From positions 32,001 to 96,000 of the IMG/VR virus record IMGVR_UViG_3300045988_129382: 64,000 bases of DNA; one strand, 5' to 3'. Made by a program: the position numbers and the translations under genes. The notes under the pieces were generated by a model. That model did no database searches, was not told the origin of the DNA, and was given only the letters and a program-made list of their open reading frames with translations. Within the stretch, counting starts at the first letter, position 1. Every line of letters starts with the position of its first letter. Shown here piece after piece: positions 33,089 through 42,822 of the stretch. This DNA is from a virus.

Positions 33089-33145
33089 TGTTAATTTCAC
33101 TATATGAATTAATTATATATTAATGGGAGAGGTATAGGTGATAAT

Positions 33146-33625
33146 ATGGCTTTTTATTATAATGAGGAATTTAAAGATACAATAGCTGGTAGTGGATTAT
33201 CCCTATCAAAAACATTTAAACAGAATTTACGAGATGGTAAGGGTATAACAAATGTAATTAGTGGGGAAGATAAGATTAATGAAAGTATCTACACTATACT
33301 ATCTACAAGGGTTGGGGAGAGGTTTTTTCTTCCTGAATTTGGTAGTCGGTTACATTTAGTTGTATTTGAGCAAAATAGATTTGTAGCACATGATTTAGTT
33401 TCAATTTACGTGAAGGAAGCTTTAGGGAATTGGGAGAAAAGAATTGTTGTAGAGGATGTTAGTATTGGGAATAATTGGGAAGATTCAAATATCGTACCAG
33501 TACATATAACATATAGGTTAGCTAATAGTAATATCATAGGTTCATACGTATACCCATTTAATAGGACGATTGATGGTGTAGATATGTATGAATTCGGTGG
33601 TGCTGTTAGTACTACATCATACTAG
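33146..33625 (+). CDS. Baseplate wedge protein, gp25/GPW-like
   Basis: INESIYTILSTRVGERFFLPEFGSRLHLVVFE...EALGNWEKRI matches the GPW/gp25 signature. Confidence 0.8.
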   Translation: MAFYYNEEFKDTIAGSGLSLSKTFKQNLRDGKGITNVISGEDKINESIYTILSTRVGERFFLPEFGSRLHLVVFEQNRFVAHDLVSIYVKEALGNWEKRIVVEDVSIGNNWEDSNIVPVHITYRLANSNIIGSYVYPFNRTIDGVDMYEFGGAVSTTSY

Positions 33626-33640
33626 AAAGGGGGTTAGTTT

Positions 33641-35086
33641 TTGGCTAATAGTAATAATACATTGTCTTATACAAATAGGGATATTGTTAGTATTCGTAAA
33701 GAATTGATTAACGCTATACCTAAGTTGACAGATAGGTGGACAGATTTTAATGAATCTGACTTAGGTATTACACTTATTGAGTTAATGGCTGGTGTACAGG
33801 ATATGCAGAACTTTTATCTTGATGCACAGGCTTTTGAGACATATTTAGATACAGCTGTTCAAGATAAGAATGTACGAGCATTACTTCGGTCTATGAATTA
33901 TAGAATACCATTAGCAAAATCATCTGAGTGTAAGGTAAGGATTGTATTTGTTAATAATGATGATAGAGAGATTACTATACCTAAGTACACTTCTTTCACT
34001 AGTAGTATTAATTCTAGTATTGTAAACTTTGTAGCTAAAGATACAATTACACGTAGTGGTCAGTTTGATTACATCGATATTCCAGTTATGGAAGGTGTAG
34101 CAAGGTCTATTACATGGTCTAAAGATGATTTCACTAGTAATAGAAATGTTGATGGTGATATTTCAAGACGTATCTATTTGGGATATAAGAATGTTTCAGA
34201 TGGTTCTGTTGAAATAGTGCAACATGGTAACGTATGGAAAGAGTGTAATGATGCATTACTAAAATACGAGGGTGGCAGATGGTATTCTGTACATGTTGAT
34301 AGCGATGGACAGGTATATGTGTTAATGTCTGTAAACTTCTTACAGTTAATTGAAGATGGTGAGAGTTTAGATATTAATTTTGTAACAACAAATGGTATTA
34401 ATGGTATTATCGATATGGATGTGATAGATACTATTAATATGAATATACAAGATGTACAAAGGATATATAATACAACAAAGTCATATGATGCATCAAACTC
34501 ACCTAGTAGTGCTGATTTACAAAACATGAAAGTTCTTGCTAGACGTAATGCTATTACTATGGATAGGTATATTACTTTAGAGGATTTTGAGACGGCAGTA
34601 TATGAACAGCCTTATGTGTTTCAGGCTGTAGTTAAAGATTGGAAGTATTCTGATTATGTTACAGAGCCTTATATTGTTAAGGTGTGGGCAGTTAACACTT
34701 TGGGTGAATCTTTAGGTGAGTTAACACGAGAAAAGTTAAAGAAAGAATTAATGTCTAAGGCTATTGCTGATGTGACTGTTCACGTATTAGAGGTTGAGAG
34801 TGTTGACTTTAATATTGATGTTGACGTTGTATTATCTCTAGATAATGAGACAGCTAGAGAAAGGCTTAGGTCTGAGATAGCATCATACTTGTATATGACA
34901 TATCGTGCTGAGAATATGTCTTTTGGTAGAGACATATCTTATTCACTTATGACATCTAGGGTTAAGGCTTATTCTCCTTATATTAAAGATGTATTGGTGA
35001 GAACACCTAATAAAGATGTTGAGGTTGGTAATATACAATTCCCTAAATTGGGTAAGGTAACAGTTAGGGTTGTAGAAGAATTGTAG
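33641..35086 (+). CDS. Baseplate J-like protein (gp6/gpJ)
   Basis: TTG start 7 nt after AAGGGGG. The size, the position after the gp25-like gene and the N-terminal FNESDLGITLIELMA pattern fit the Baseplate_J family. Confidence 0.65.
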   Translation: MANSNNTLSYTNRDIVSIRKELINAIPKLTDRWTDFNESDLGITLIELMAGVQDMQNFYLDAQAFETYLDTAVQDKNVRALLRSMNYRIPLAKSSECKVRIVFVNNDDREITIPKYTSFTSSINSSIVNFVAKDTITRSGQFDYIDIPVMEGVARSITWSKDDFTSNRNVDGDISRRIYLGYKNVSDGSVEIVQHGNVWKECNDALLKYEGGRWYSVHVDSDGQVYVLMSVNFLQLIEDGESLDINFVTTNGINGIIDMDVIDTINMNIQDVQRIYNTTKSYDASNSPSSADLQNMKVLARRNAITMDRYITLEDFETAVYEQPYVFQAVVKDWKYSDYVTEPYIVKVWAVNTLGESLGELTREKLKKELMSKAIADVTVHVLEVESVDFNIDVDVVLSLDNETARERLRSEIASYLYMTYRAENMSFGRDISYSLMTSRVKAYSPYIKDVLVRTPNKDVEVGNIQFPKLGKVTVRVVEEL

Positions 35087-35095
35087 GGGTTATGT

Positions 35096-36421
35096 ATGAA
35101 GCTAATTGATAGAATAAAAAATAGTAAATACATGACTTTAATACCTGAGAAGTATAGAGAGAATGAAAATTTCTTAGTTTTCTTCTACTTGTTAACACAA
35201 CAGTTTGATATTAATGAAGAGAACATACGGAATTTCACCTCATTAATTAATAATGATAAAGTACCTATGAAGTTTCTACAGTCTTTGGGTGCTTTTAATA
35301 ATTATACTTATCAGCATTTAGCTAAGAATGATTTCAATAGAGAACTTTCAATGCGTATGTTTAACATTTGGGAGCAGAGGGGTTCTAAAAAATCAATTAT
35401 AGACGCCGCAACGTGGGGTGATAATGTTGGTTGGGTTGGTGGTGACTTATGGATTCCTGGTTATTATCAGCCATCACAGTCTGCTACATTTGAGTTGCCA
35501 CGTGATAAAATCTTTAGGCATAGCATATCTAAGTTTTCAAGTACACATGTATTTGAAGATGGCAAAACATATATGCCTGGAATTATACTATTGTCTGTTC
35601 CAAATCTAACTAAGGAAGTTAAACGTAGGATTTATGAAGTAACACCTGCTGGTAGGAAGTATATATTTCAGATTGAGTCATCATTCTTTCCTAATGATGG
35701 GATAGATAATTTAGAGATAGGTTCTTTTAATGAATTATCTTTCTACAAGAAAATGAGGATATATCCTAAGAATGTGTTTGAAGAAAATCCACCATATGAT
35801 AGGGATACTGACATAGATTTCACTTATGAGATAGATATGTTAGTTGATATGGAAGAGCTTTGGGATATTCTTATTCACAGTGAGACTAGAGGTCGTAGGT
35901 ATCATAGTGGTCATTTGACTAATATTACAAATAACGAATATATTATGAATATGGCATGTTCTACGTTACCTATTTCTGTATTAACACATAAGTTTTCTGT
36001 TGATGGGAATGATAGTTTAACAGATAGTAGTTATAAAAAGGCTGATACTGGTGAGTATTTAGATACGTATAATAATAAGGGTATTGACTCTATTACACGT
36101 GATATTAATAGTGTTTATAGTAACAGTTTAGATTTAGACGTACATAAAGAGGTACGTCTGACTGCAATACGTAGTGAGAATTCATCTATAAGGTCTAAGC
36201 ATGGTAAGATGAGTGGTATAACTACTAGTGTTGTTGATGCTTTTGTTGAAGCAGAGCCTATTTTACCTAGTGACTCTTTATATTCAGTTGATGATGTAGC
36301 TGATTTACATGAGTGGGATTATAGAGATGAATTTTATTCTCATGGTGTTGAGTTAAATACAGATAGGGATTTATCTGTTAGATTAGAGTTTACACATACT
36401 TCATTTAGTAGTATTTCTTAG
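35096..36421 (+). CDS. P2 gpI-like baseplate/tail protein
   Basis: The N-terminal LIPEKYRENENFLVFFYLLTQQFD...DKVPMKFLQSLGAF...WEQRGSKKSI follows the tail protein I pattern. The gene lies after the J-like gene. Confidence 0.55.
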   Translation: MKLIDRIKNSKYMTLIPEKYRENENFLVFFYLLTQQFDINEENIRNFTSLINNDKVPMKFLQSLGAFNNYTYQHLAKNDFNRELSMRMFNIWEQRGSKKSIIDAATWGDNVGWVGGDLWIPGYYQPSQSATFELPRDKIFRHSISKFSSTHVFEDGKTYMPGIILLSVPNLTKEVKRRIYEVTPAGRKYIFQIESSFFPNDGIDNLEIGSFNELSFYKKMRIYPKNVFEENPPYDRDTDIDFTYEIDMLVDMEELWDILIHSETRGRRYHSGHLTNITNNEYIMNMACSTLPISVLTHKFSVDGNDSLTDSSYKKADTGEYLDTYNNKGIDSITRDINSVYSNSLDLDVHKEVRLTAIRSENSSIRSKHGKMSGITTSVVDAFVEAEPILPSDSLYSVDDVADLHEWDYRDEFYSHGVELNTDRDLSVRLEFTHTSFSSIS

Positions 36422-36491
36422 GTGTTTAAGTAATATATAATAGTATAATTTATTTTAGTATATAGAAAATATATTTAATGGGGGAACAGTT

Positions 36492-37034
36492 TTGGCTATT
36501 TGTACGTTAAAGGCACATGTTTCTAGGGCATTAGATTTTTACAATAAAGATGACATTTACTTCGCTATTGGTAAATCTACTCCGTGGAGTGCTAGTGATA
36601 TTGATAATTTTGATACAGCGAGGGATTATGAAAATAATCCACCTGTACCTAAAAATACAGATGACATGAAAGAGATTGTTGGTTTTAAAAAAGCTGAGTT
36701 TAAGGCTATGGTAGTTCAAGATGATAATGGTTCTTTGGAATATCGTGGTGTGAATTGGCGAATCGTTTCACCTACAGATGCTGTAACTGAAGGTGCTAGG
36801 TGGGTATATATCTCAACTGAGTTGTCTTATGATGAATTGCCAACAGATAAACCATATCGTCAAGTTGGTATTTATACTGGTTTAAAGAAATCTGGTTCTG
36901 TTCAGGGTAATGTGTACAATCTTCTACCTAATCAAGTATCAGATAAAGGTTTATTAGAGGTAATTGACTTTAGGAAGCCTGTATATCGTGATAGTGATGT
37001 TAGGGAAAAATTGAAAATTATCTTAGAGTTTTAG
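36492..37034 (+). CDS. Hypothetical baseplate-module protein (180 aa)
   Basis: TTG start after TGGGGGA. The call rests on position only. Confidence 0.55.
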   Translation: MAICTLKAHVSRALDFYNKDDIYFAIGKSTPWSASDIDNFDTARDYENNPPVPKNTDDMKEIVGFKKAEFKAMVVQDDNGSLEYRGVNWRIVSPTDAVTEGARWVYISTELSYDELPTDKPYRQVGIYTGLKKSGSVQGNVYNLLPNQVSDKGLLEVIDFRKPVYRDSDVREKLKIILEF

Positions 37035-37057
37035 TCGTGAAATGTTAGGAGATATAG

Positions 37058-40000
37058 ATGAGCGTTGTTTCACAAAGTCCTTATTATGATAGGTATGATG
37101 ACGTAAATTCAGAGCATAGGAAAGCTGGGTATACTAGAGTTTTAGCTATTCCCGGTAGGGCAGAACAGGCATCTGAGTTTAATGAAATTCAGTCTATTCA
37201 AGAGGATTATTTATCACGTATTGGCGATTCCTTATATAAAGATGGGTTTGTCATTAGTGGTTGTGAAGTAAATATTGCAAATAATTTTATCACTATTGGT
37301 GCTGGTAGAATTTATTTAGGTGGTTTAATTCGCAACACAGATGAAGTTAAATTAGCGATTACAGGTGTTGGTAAAGAGAGAGTTGTAGCTACATTAGTTA
37401 CTAGTGTTGTTACTGCTACGCAAGATAGTTCTTTACGTGACCCTGCCCAAAATGCTGAGAACTACAATCAAGTTGGTGCTAATCGGTTAAAACAAGTTGT
37501 AGCTTTCTCAGTTATTAGCGATTCTAGTGCTTTGGGTGATTATTCTGCTGTAGTATACAACTTAAATGATGGAGTTGTAGTAAAAGAGGCTAAAACAGAT
37601 AACTATTCCATTTTAAATGATGTACTTGCTAAACGTACATATGATGAAAATGGTAACTATAAAGTAGATGGGTTAGACCTACAGTCTGTTACTGAAGATG
37701 AAGGTGACAAGATTCGGTTGTATGTGAGTGCTGGTAAGGCTTATATTCGTGGTTATGACGTAACTAAGCCAGCTATGAGTAGTATTTTATTGAATAAATC
37801 AAAATCTACTAGGGTAGTTACAAGTGAATCTCACTATTTTAAATCTTCAATTCGTAAATATAAGCTTTCTAATTCACCAGTAGCATCAATTCAAAACTTT
37901 ACTGCTAGTGTTCTTGTAACAGGCGAACGTAAGTTTAGGGGTAATGTTAAAGGTGGTCAAGAGGCTTTAAATAATACACCTGTACAAAGTATTGTTAGTG
38001 TTTATACTAAAAACGCACAAAACAATAAAGAAACTGTATATGTTGCTGGTAGGGATTATTCTTTGTATTCAGACCAAGTGGATTGGTCTTTAACAGGTGA
38101 TGGTGCTACTGAGCCTGTTCAAGGTACTACATATTATGTAGATTACATCTTCAACTATTCTATGCGTGAGGGTACTGATTTTAGGGTTGAAAATACAGTT
38201 GATGGTTCATACATTGTATTGCTAGACAATGGTAGTAAACCTACAGAAAACTCTTTGATGTACTTTACATATAACTTCACATTAGCTAGACGTGATTTAA
38301 TTTTGTTAGATAGCGATGGTTATTTGAGTGTTATTGAGGGTACACCTGATAGGGTTGAGGATTTAATTATCCCATATAATGGTTCATCTGCATACTTAGA
38401 ATTAGGTTATGTTGACGTATATCCTACTGATGCTTTAGGTACAAGTACAAGTGGCACTAAGTTGTCTAGCGTAACAAATTATGATGGTGTTAGGTTAACA
38501 CAGGATAACTTGTTATTAATGATGCGTAGGATTAATAAGTTAGAGGATAGCATTGCATCATTAGATATGGAACGTAGTATTGAGGCTGGTGAGGATTTAT
38601 CAAGTCTATCTGGTTACTTTACTGATAGCTTTGAAAATATCAATAAGTCAGATTTAACATATACAGATACAGCTAGTAGATTATCCTATACAGCTTGTAT
38701 TGACTTTGATAGAGGTGAGTTGACAACATCTGCAACTATTGGTAGTGTTGATATGACGATTGATGATAGGTCAAGTGATAGTTATGCTACATTTGGTAAC
38801 ATCATTTCTGCACCATATCAAAATGTATTGGCAGTTAGTCAGACATATGCTACTGGTACTATGAATGTTAATCCTTATGCTAGTTATGGGCCGATTTGTA
38901 AGATTGAGTTAGACCCTGCTATCGATAATTGGGTTAACACGAATAAAATTAATGTATTTAATACTGTTGAGGATGTTAAATACGATACAACAACTAAAGT
39001 ATATAGTCATGGTTATTGGTCTAGAAATGCTACTAAAAATCTTAGGGGTTATATGCGTACTGAACGTAAGGAAACAACAACTAAGGGTGAGGTTACAACT
39101 TCTAATAGTGTTTCTGAGTCAGTAGCTAAGTCAGTATATGAGTATATGCGTGTTAAGGATGTAAAAGTTAAAGGTTTTGCTTTTGGGCCGAACGCTAGAA
39201 ATATTAGAGGTTTATTTAATGGTAGACCTATTAGTTTGACTTCTACAGGCACAAGCACAACAGGTACATCTTATGTTGTTGAAGGTAAAACATATACAAC
39301 AGTTAATGCAGATGGTAATGGTACTGTAACTTGTAAGTTTACTGTGCCGGATAAAACTCCTTGTGGTACAGTAGCTTTCCAAATGCAAGCTACAAATTCT
39401 AGTGGTGAGGTTCATACAGGTACAGCTAACTATACCGCTAATGGTACTATTTTAACAACAACTGTTACAAATACAACTGCTGTTACACAACATTATAAAG
39501 TGTTGGTTGAGGTTGATAACTTATATGCTAATGACCCATTGGCACAGTCATTTATTATGGATAATGTATATGATAGGAACTTAGTTAAGTTAGATTTATA
39601 CTTCGCTAAAAAATCTTCTACAAGACCTGCTGTATTACAAATTCGTAATATGGTTAATGGCTATCCTGGTGAAAAAGTTTATGCTGAGGTAGTTATTGAC
39701 CCTAAAGATGTTAAAATTCCTACAGATAAGAATGTTCCTGTAGCTACTGAGGTAGTATTGAATCAGCCTGTATATTGCTACGCTAAACAATACTATTGTT
39801 TCGTAGTACTTTCTGATAGTAACGACTATGAAATGTACGTAGCTAATATGGGGGATAAATTCTTAGGTAAGAATGAGCAATTAGTTGTTAACCCATATGC
39901 TACTGGTGTATTATTCAGTTCTTCTAATGCTAGTACATGGACAGCACATCAAGGTACTGATTTGATGTTTAAATTATATCGTACTCAATATACAGGTAAT

Positions 40001-40726
40001 GGTGAGATTGTATTTAATAACGTACCTTTAACTGATATTACTGGTGTTATGTTGGATGCTTCTTATGAAGTTGATAGCGATAGTGATAGTAAAGACGTAT
40101 CTTCTAGTAGAACAGGTTTGAAATGGTTCTATCGTTTCACTAAAACAGGTGCTGGTGAGGTTCCATCTGATTGGTTGAGTATTGATACTTTGGTATTTAG
40201 GGATTTACAGTCTTATGCTAGGAATATTGACTTAAAGGCTGAAATTACAACTGATTTTAGTACATCACCATTTATTGCTAGAGATAGGGTTGCCCTACGT
40301 ACATTCTTAGATAGTAAACAGTCTACATATATTTCTAAATCTATTGATGAGACAAACTTCGCTAACCCTTATCAAGCATTGAAGATTAGTTATCAAGCCG
40401 CTTTACCACAAAATACATCTATGGAAGTATTTTATATGGATAAAGAAGATGGTGATTGGGTAAAATTAGCAACTGATAATAATACTGTTAATGTTGGTGG
40501 TAATACTGTTAAAACTGTATCTTTGGATTCCATTACAAATGTAGATGAAGAGTTTAAGCAGTATACATGGAATATTAATAAGATTAATAGCATGGTTACT
40601 AATAATGCATCTAGGGGTTCTAAGTTCTTTAAGATTAGAATTGACTTAAATACTACACAGGCATTTAATCGTCCTAGAGTTAAAAAGCTTGCTTGTATCT
40701 TTAAAGAAAAAGAATATAGGACTTAA
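37058..40726 (+). CDS. Large baseplate/fibre-associated structural protein (1222 aa)
   Basis: AGGAG SD. The N-terminal GYTRVLAIPGRAEQASEFNEIQSIQ...DSLYKDGFVISG resembles the conserved N-terminus of large myovirus baseplate-fibre proteins. A terminator follows. Confidence 0.65.
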   Translation: MSVVSQSPYYDRYDDVNSEHRKAGYTRVLAIPGRAEQASEFNEIQSIQEDYLSRIGDSLYKDGFVISGCEVNIANNFITIGAGRIYLGGLIRNTDEVKLAITGVGKERVVATLVTSVVTATQDSSLRDPAQNAENYNQVGANRLKQVVAFSVISDSSALGDYSAVVYNLNDGVVVKEAKTDNYSILNDVLAKRTYDENGNYKVDGLDLQSVTEDEGDKIRLYVSAGKAYIRGYDVTKPAMSSILLNKSKSTRVVTSESHYFKSSIRKYKLSNSPVASIQNFTASVLVTGERKFRGNVKGGQEALNNTPVQSIVSVYTKNAQNNKETVYVAGRDYSLYSDQVDWSLTGDGATEPVQGTTYYVDYIFNYSMREGTDFRVENTVDGSYIVLLDNGSKPTENSLMYFTYNFTLARRDLILLDSDGYLSVIEGTPDRVEDLIIPYNGSSAYLELGYVDVYPTDALGTSTSGTKLSSVTNYDGVRLTQDNLLLMMRRINKLEDSIASLDMERSIEAGEDLSSLSGYFTDSFENINKSDLTYTDTASRLSYTACIDFDRGELTTSATIGSVDMTIDDRSSDSYATFGNIISAPYQNVLAVSQTYATGTMNVNPYASYGPICKIELDPAIDNWVNTNKINVFNTVEDVKYDTTTKVYSHGYWSRNATKNLRGYMRTERKETTTKGEVTTSNSVSESVAKSVYEYMRVKDVKVKGFAFGPNARNIRGLFNGRPISLTSTGTSTTGTSYVVEGKTYTTVNADGNGTVTCKFTVPDKTPCGTVAFQMQATNSSGEVHTGTANYTANGTILTTTVTNTTAVTQHYKVLVEVDNLYANDPLAQSFIMDNVYDRNLVKLDLYFAKKSSTRPAVLQIRNMVNGYPGEKVYAEVVIDPKDVKIPTDKNVPVATEVVLNQPVYCYAKQYYCFVVLSDSNDYEMYVANMGDKFLGKNEQLVVNPYATGVLFSSSNASTWTAHQGTDLMFKLYRTQYTGNGEIVFNNVPLTDITGVMLDASYEVDSDSDSKDVSSSRTGLKWFYRFTKTGAGEVPSDWLSIDTLVFRDLQSYARNIDLKAEITTDFSTSPFIARDRVALRTFLDSKQSTYISKSIDETNFANPYQALKISYQAALPQNTSMEVFYMDKEDGDWVKLATDNNTVNVGGNTVKTVSLDSITNVDEEFKQYTWNINKINSMVTNNASRGSKFFKIRIDLNTTQAFNRPRVKKLACIFKEKEYRT

Positions 40727-40772
40727 TCTATAATTTTAGTTTAAGATTTCAAGTATATATAGTATTGATAGT

Positions 40773-40808
40773 ATAGAGATGTGGTTATGACTACATCTCT
40801 ATATTTTT
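40773..40808 (+). terminator. Intrinsic terminator
   Basis: ATAGAGATGT pairs with ACATCTCTAT (10-bp stem, 10-nt loop), followed by ATTTTT. Confidence 0.8.
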
Positions 40809-40836
40809 ATTACATAAGATAAGAGTGGGGGTTAAT

Positions 40837-41052
40837 ATGCCTGAAAGAGTACAAAGAATGTTCTGTACGATGTTTAAGAAGACAGATGAAGAGCAAAAGA
40901 ATTATGATGCTAGGTTAGAGTTGGCTAAGGCTAAAGAGGATTTAGCTGTAACAACTGATACTTTAAATAGAGCAATGCAGATGATAGAGAGCTTATCTAG
41001 TGAGTTATCATCTATACGAGAAGAGTTGAAAGATACAAAAGAGGGAAAATAA
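40837..41052 (+). CDS. Small coiled-coil protein (71 aa)
   Basis: Start moved to ATG 40837 (SD GTGGGGG). The content is heptad-like and E/K/L-rich. Confidence 0.55.
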   Translation: MPERVQRMFCTMFKKTDEEQKNYDARLELAKAKEDLAVTTDTLNRAMQMIESLSSELSSIREELKDTKEGK

Positions 41053-41990
41053 TGGGTGTTTTAAAGAGTTATAATTCTGATAACATAGATTGGAATATTG
41101 GTGCATTATATTCACATGATGATTATATACAAAAGTTATTTATTGTGATGAGAGAGTTAGGATTAGTCAATCCTATTAAATATGTATTTGGTACTATACC
41201 AACTGTATTAGTTGGGGGTAGGGTTACACCTAAAGATGCATCAATGGAAGATGCTTTTAAGATTATTGATAGATATAATCAGTTAGGTGTTGGTTGTAGG
41301 TTAACATTTTCTTCTATGTACGTAACTAAAGAAGATTTGAAAGATAGTGTTTCTAATCAACTAATGCAACATTTAGAGGATAACAATCAAAAATATGGGG
41401 TTAGAATGAATGGTATTATTTTGACATCTGAGTTGTTAGGTGAATATATCTATAATACTTATAATTCTTTAGAGTTAATTTCATCACAAGTTAAGCCGTC
41501 TGTTGAAGTTGGGTTAGGTAACGATACAGTAGATTATTATAATAGATTGTTTGATTTATTTGATATTGTGGTAGTAAATCCTAATAAATGGAATGATGCT
41601 AATATAATTCATGGGTTAAAACATATTGATAGAGTTGAGTTTATAACTAATCATAGGTGTTTCCCTGATTGTCCTAAGGCTGGAGAACATTATATTGCTC
41701 AGGTAGATTTAAGCAAAAAATTACTCAGTGGTGAGGATTGCTCATTAGAGAAAGATAAATTAGATACAATTAATACATGGTGTTTAGATGTTAGAGAGCG
41801 TTTTCCCTTGTTGGGTGTTTCAATGTCTGAATCCGAGATTAATTTATTAATAGATAATGGTGTTAAGCACTTTAAGTTAGAGGGAAGAGATAATGATACT
41901 TTCTGTTTTTTGAGAGATGTTGGTGACTACATTTTTAACAATCAATATTTCTCTAGGATAGCACATAGTATCATGGGTGAGGCTATATAG
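41052..41990 (+). CDS. Enzyme-like protein, possibly U32-peptidase-like TIM barrel
   Basis: GVKHFKLEGRDND resembles the KIEGR motif of the U32 family, and VEFITNHRCFPDC loosely resembles the U32 E.F..G..C region. The assignment is weak. Confidence 0.35.
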   Translation: MGVLKSYNSDNIDWNIGALYSHDDYIQKLFIVMRELGLVNPIKYVFGTIPTVLVGGRVTPKDASMEDAFKIIDRYNQLGVGCRLTFSSMYVTKEDLKDSVSNQLMQHLEDNNQKYGVRMNGIILTSELLGEYIYNTYNSLELISSQVKPSVEVGLGNDTVDYYNRLFDLFDIVVVNPNKWNDANIIHGLKHIDRVEFITNHRCFPDCPKAGEHYIAQVDLSKKLLSGEDCSLEKDKLDTINTWCLDVRERFPLLGVSMSESEINLLIDNGVKHFKLEGRDNDTFCFLRDVGDYIFNNQYFSRIAHSIMGEAI

Positions 41991-41991
41991 T

Positions 41992-42807
41992 ATGTCAACA
42001 AGAATAGAATCAGAAGATGGTGAGGAACTCTGGGGCCCAGATATTTTTGGTAAATACTCTATTGATAAGATAAAAGTAATTGCTGAAATATTAAAGGGTG
42101 TATTCAAAGATAATCCTATTACATTTGTCAATCAGTCTAAGGCTGATGATGACGTATATACAAAGACAGAAAGTAATACTCTTTTCATTTTAAAGAGTGA
42201 TTTTAATAATATTGCTGGTGATTTGGTAAAGTCATTAGCATCTAGCTACCTTAAAGAGTTAGCTAATACTCAGGGTGTTGCTAGTGTTACAGATGTTAGG
42301 ACATTAGAGAAAGTTTCTAATTATTTGACTAGAGCATGTTTTGGTCAGACATATACAGAAATTAAAGATTTAGCTAGTATGAGTATCGCTCCTTTACCTG
42401 ATAGGGTTCAACAAGTTGAGACTCAGATGGTTTCTATAGATACAAGAATAAATCATACTATGAATGTTGTATTTGAGACAAATAGAGATGGTTCTTTTTC
42501 TAGTGTTTCAAAGATAGCAACTAAAGAGGAGTTAAAGTCTATTAATGATAAAATGGGTAGTGGGAATGTGACAGTTAGGAATTCAAAGAATGTTATTGAT
42601 GCTGTTAATCGGTTGGATAAGAGTATTGTAGCATTAGAATCAATTTCTGACTTTGTAAATACATTATCTACGACTGTAAACACATTATCTAGTACAGTTG
42701 ATAGATTATCACGTACAGTTGATAGGATAGATACATTAGTTGGTAATGATGTGTTAAGGACAACTAGTAAAACAATTACTGGTGCTATTAATGAGTTAAA
42801 GGTGTAA
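41992..42807 (+). CDS. Tail fibre protein (coiled-coil)
   Basis: Start moved to ATG 41992. It has the repeated VNTLSTTVNTLSSTVDRLSRTVDRIDTL and a C-terminal KTITGAINELK motif of the kind found in fibre proteins. Confidence 0.6.
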   Translation: MSTRIESEDGEELWGPDIFGKYSIDKIKVIAEILKGVFKDNPITFVNQSKADDDVYTKTESNTLFILKSDFNNIAGDLVKSLASSYLKELANTQGVASVTDVRTLEKVSNYLTRACFGQTYTEIKDLASMSIAPLPDRVQQVETQMVSIDTRINHTMNVVFETNRDGSFSSVSKIATKEELKSINDKMGSGNVTVRNSKNVIDAVNRLDKSIVALESISDFVNTLSTTVNTLSSTVDRLSRTVDRIDTLVGNDVLRTTSKTITGAINELKV

Positions 42808-42822
42808 GAGGGGTAGTAGTTA

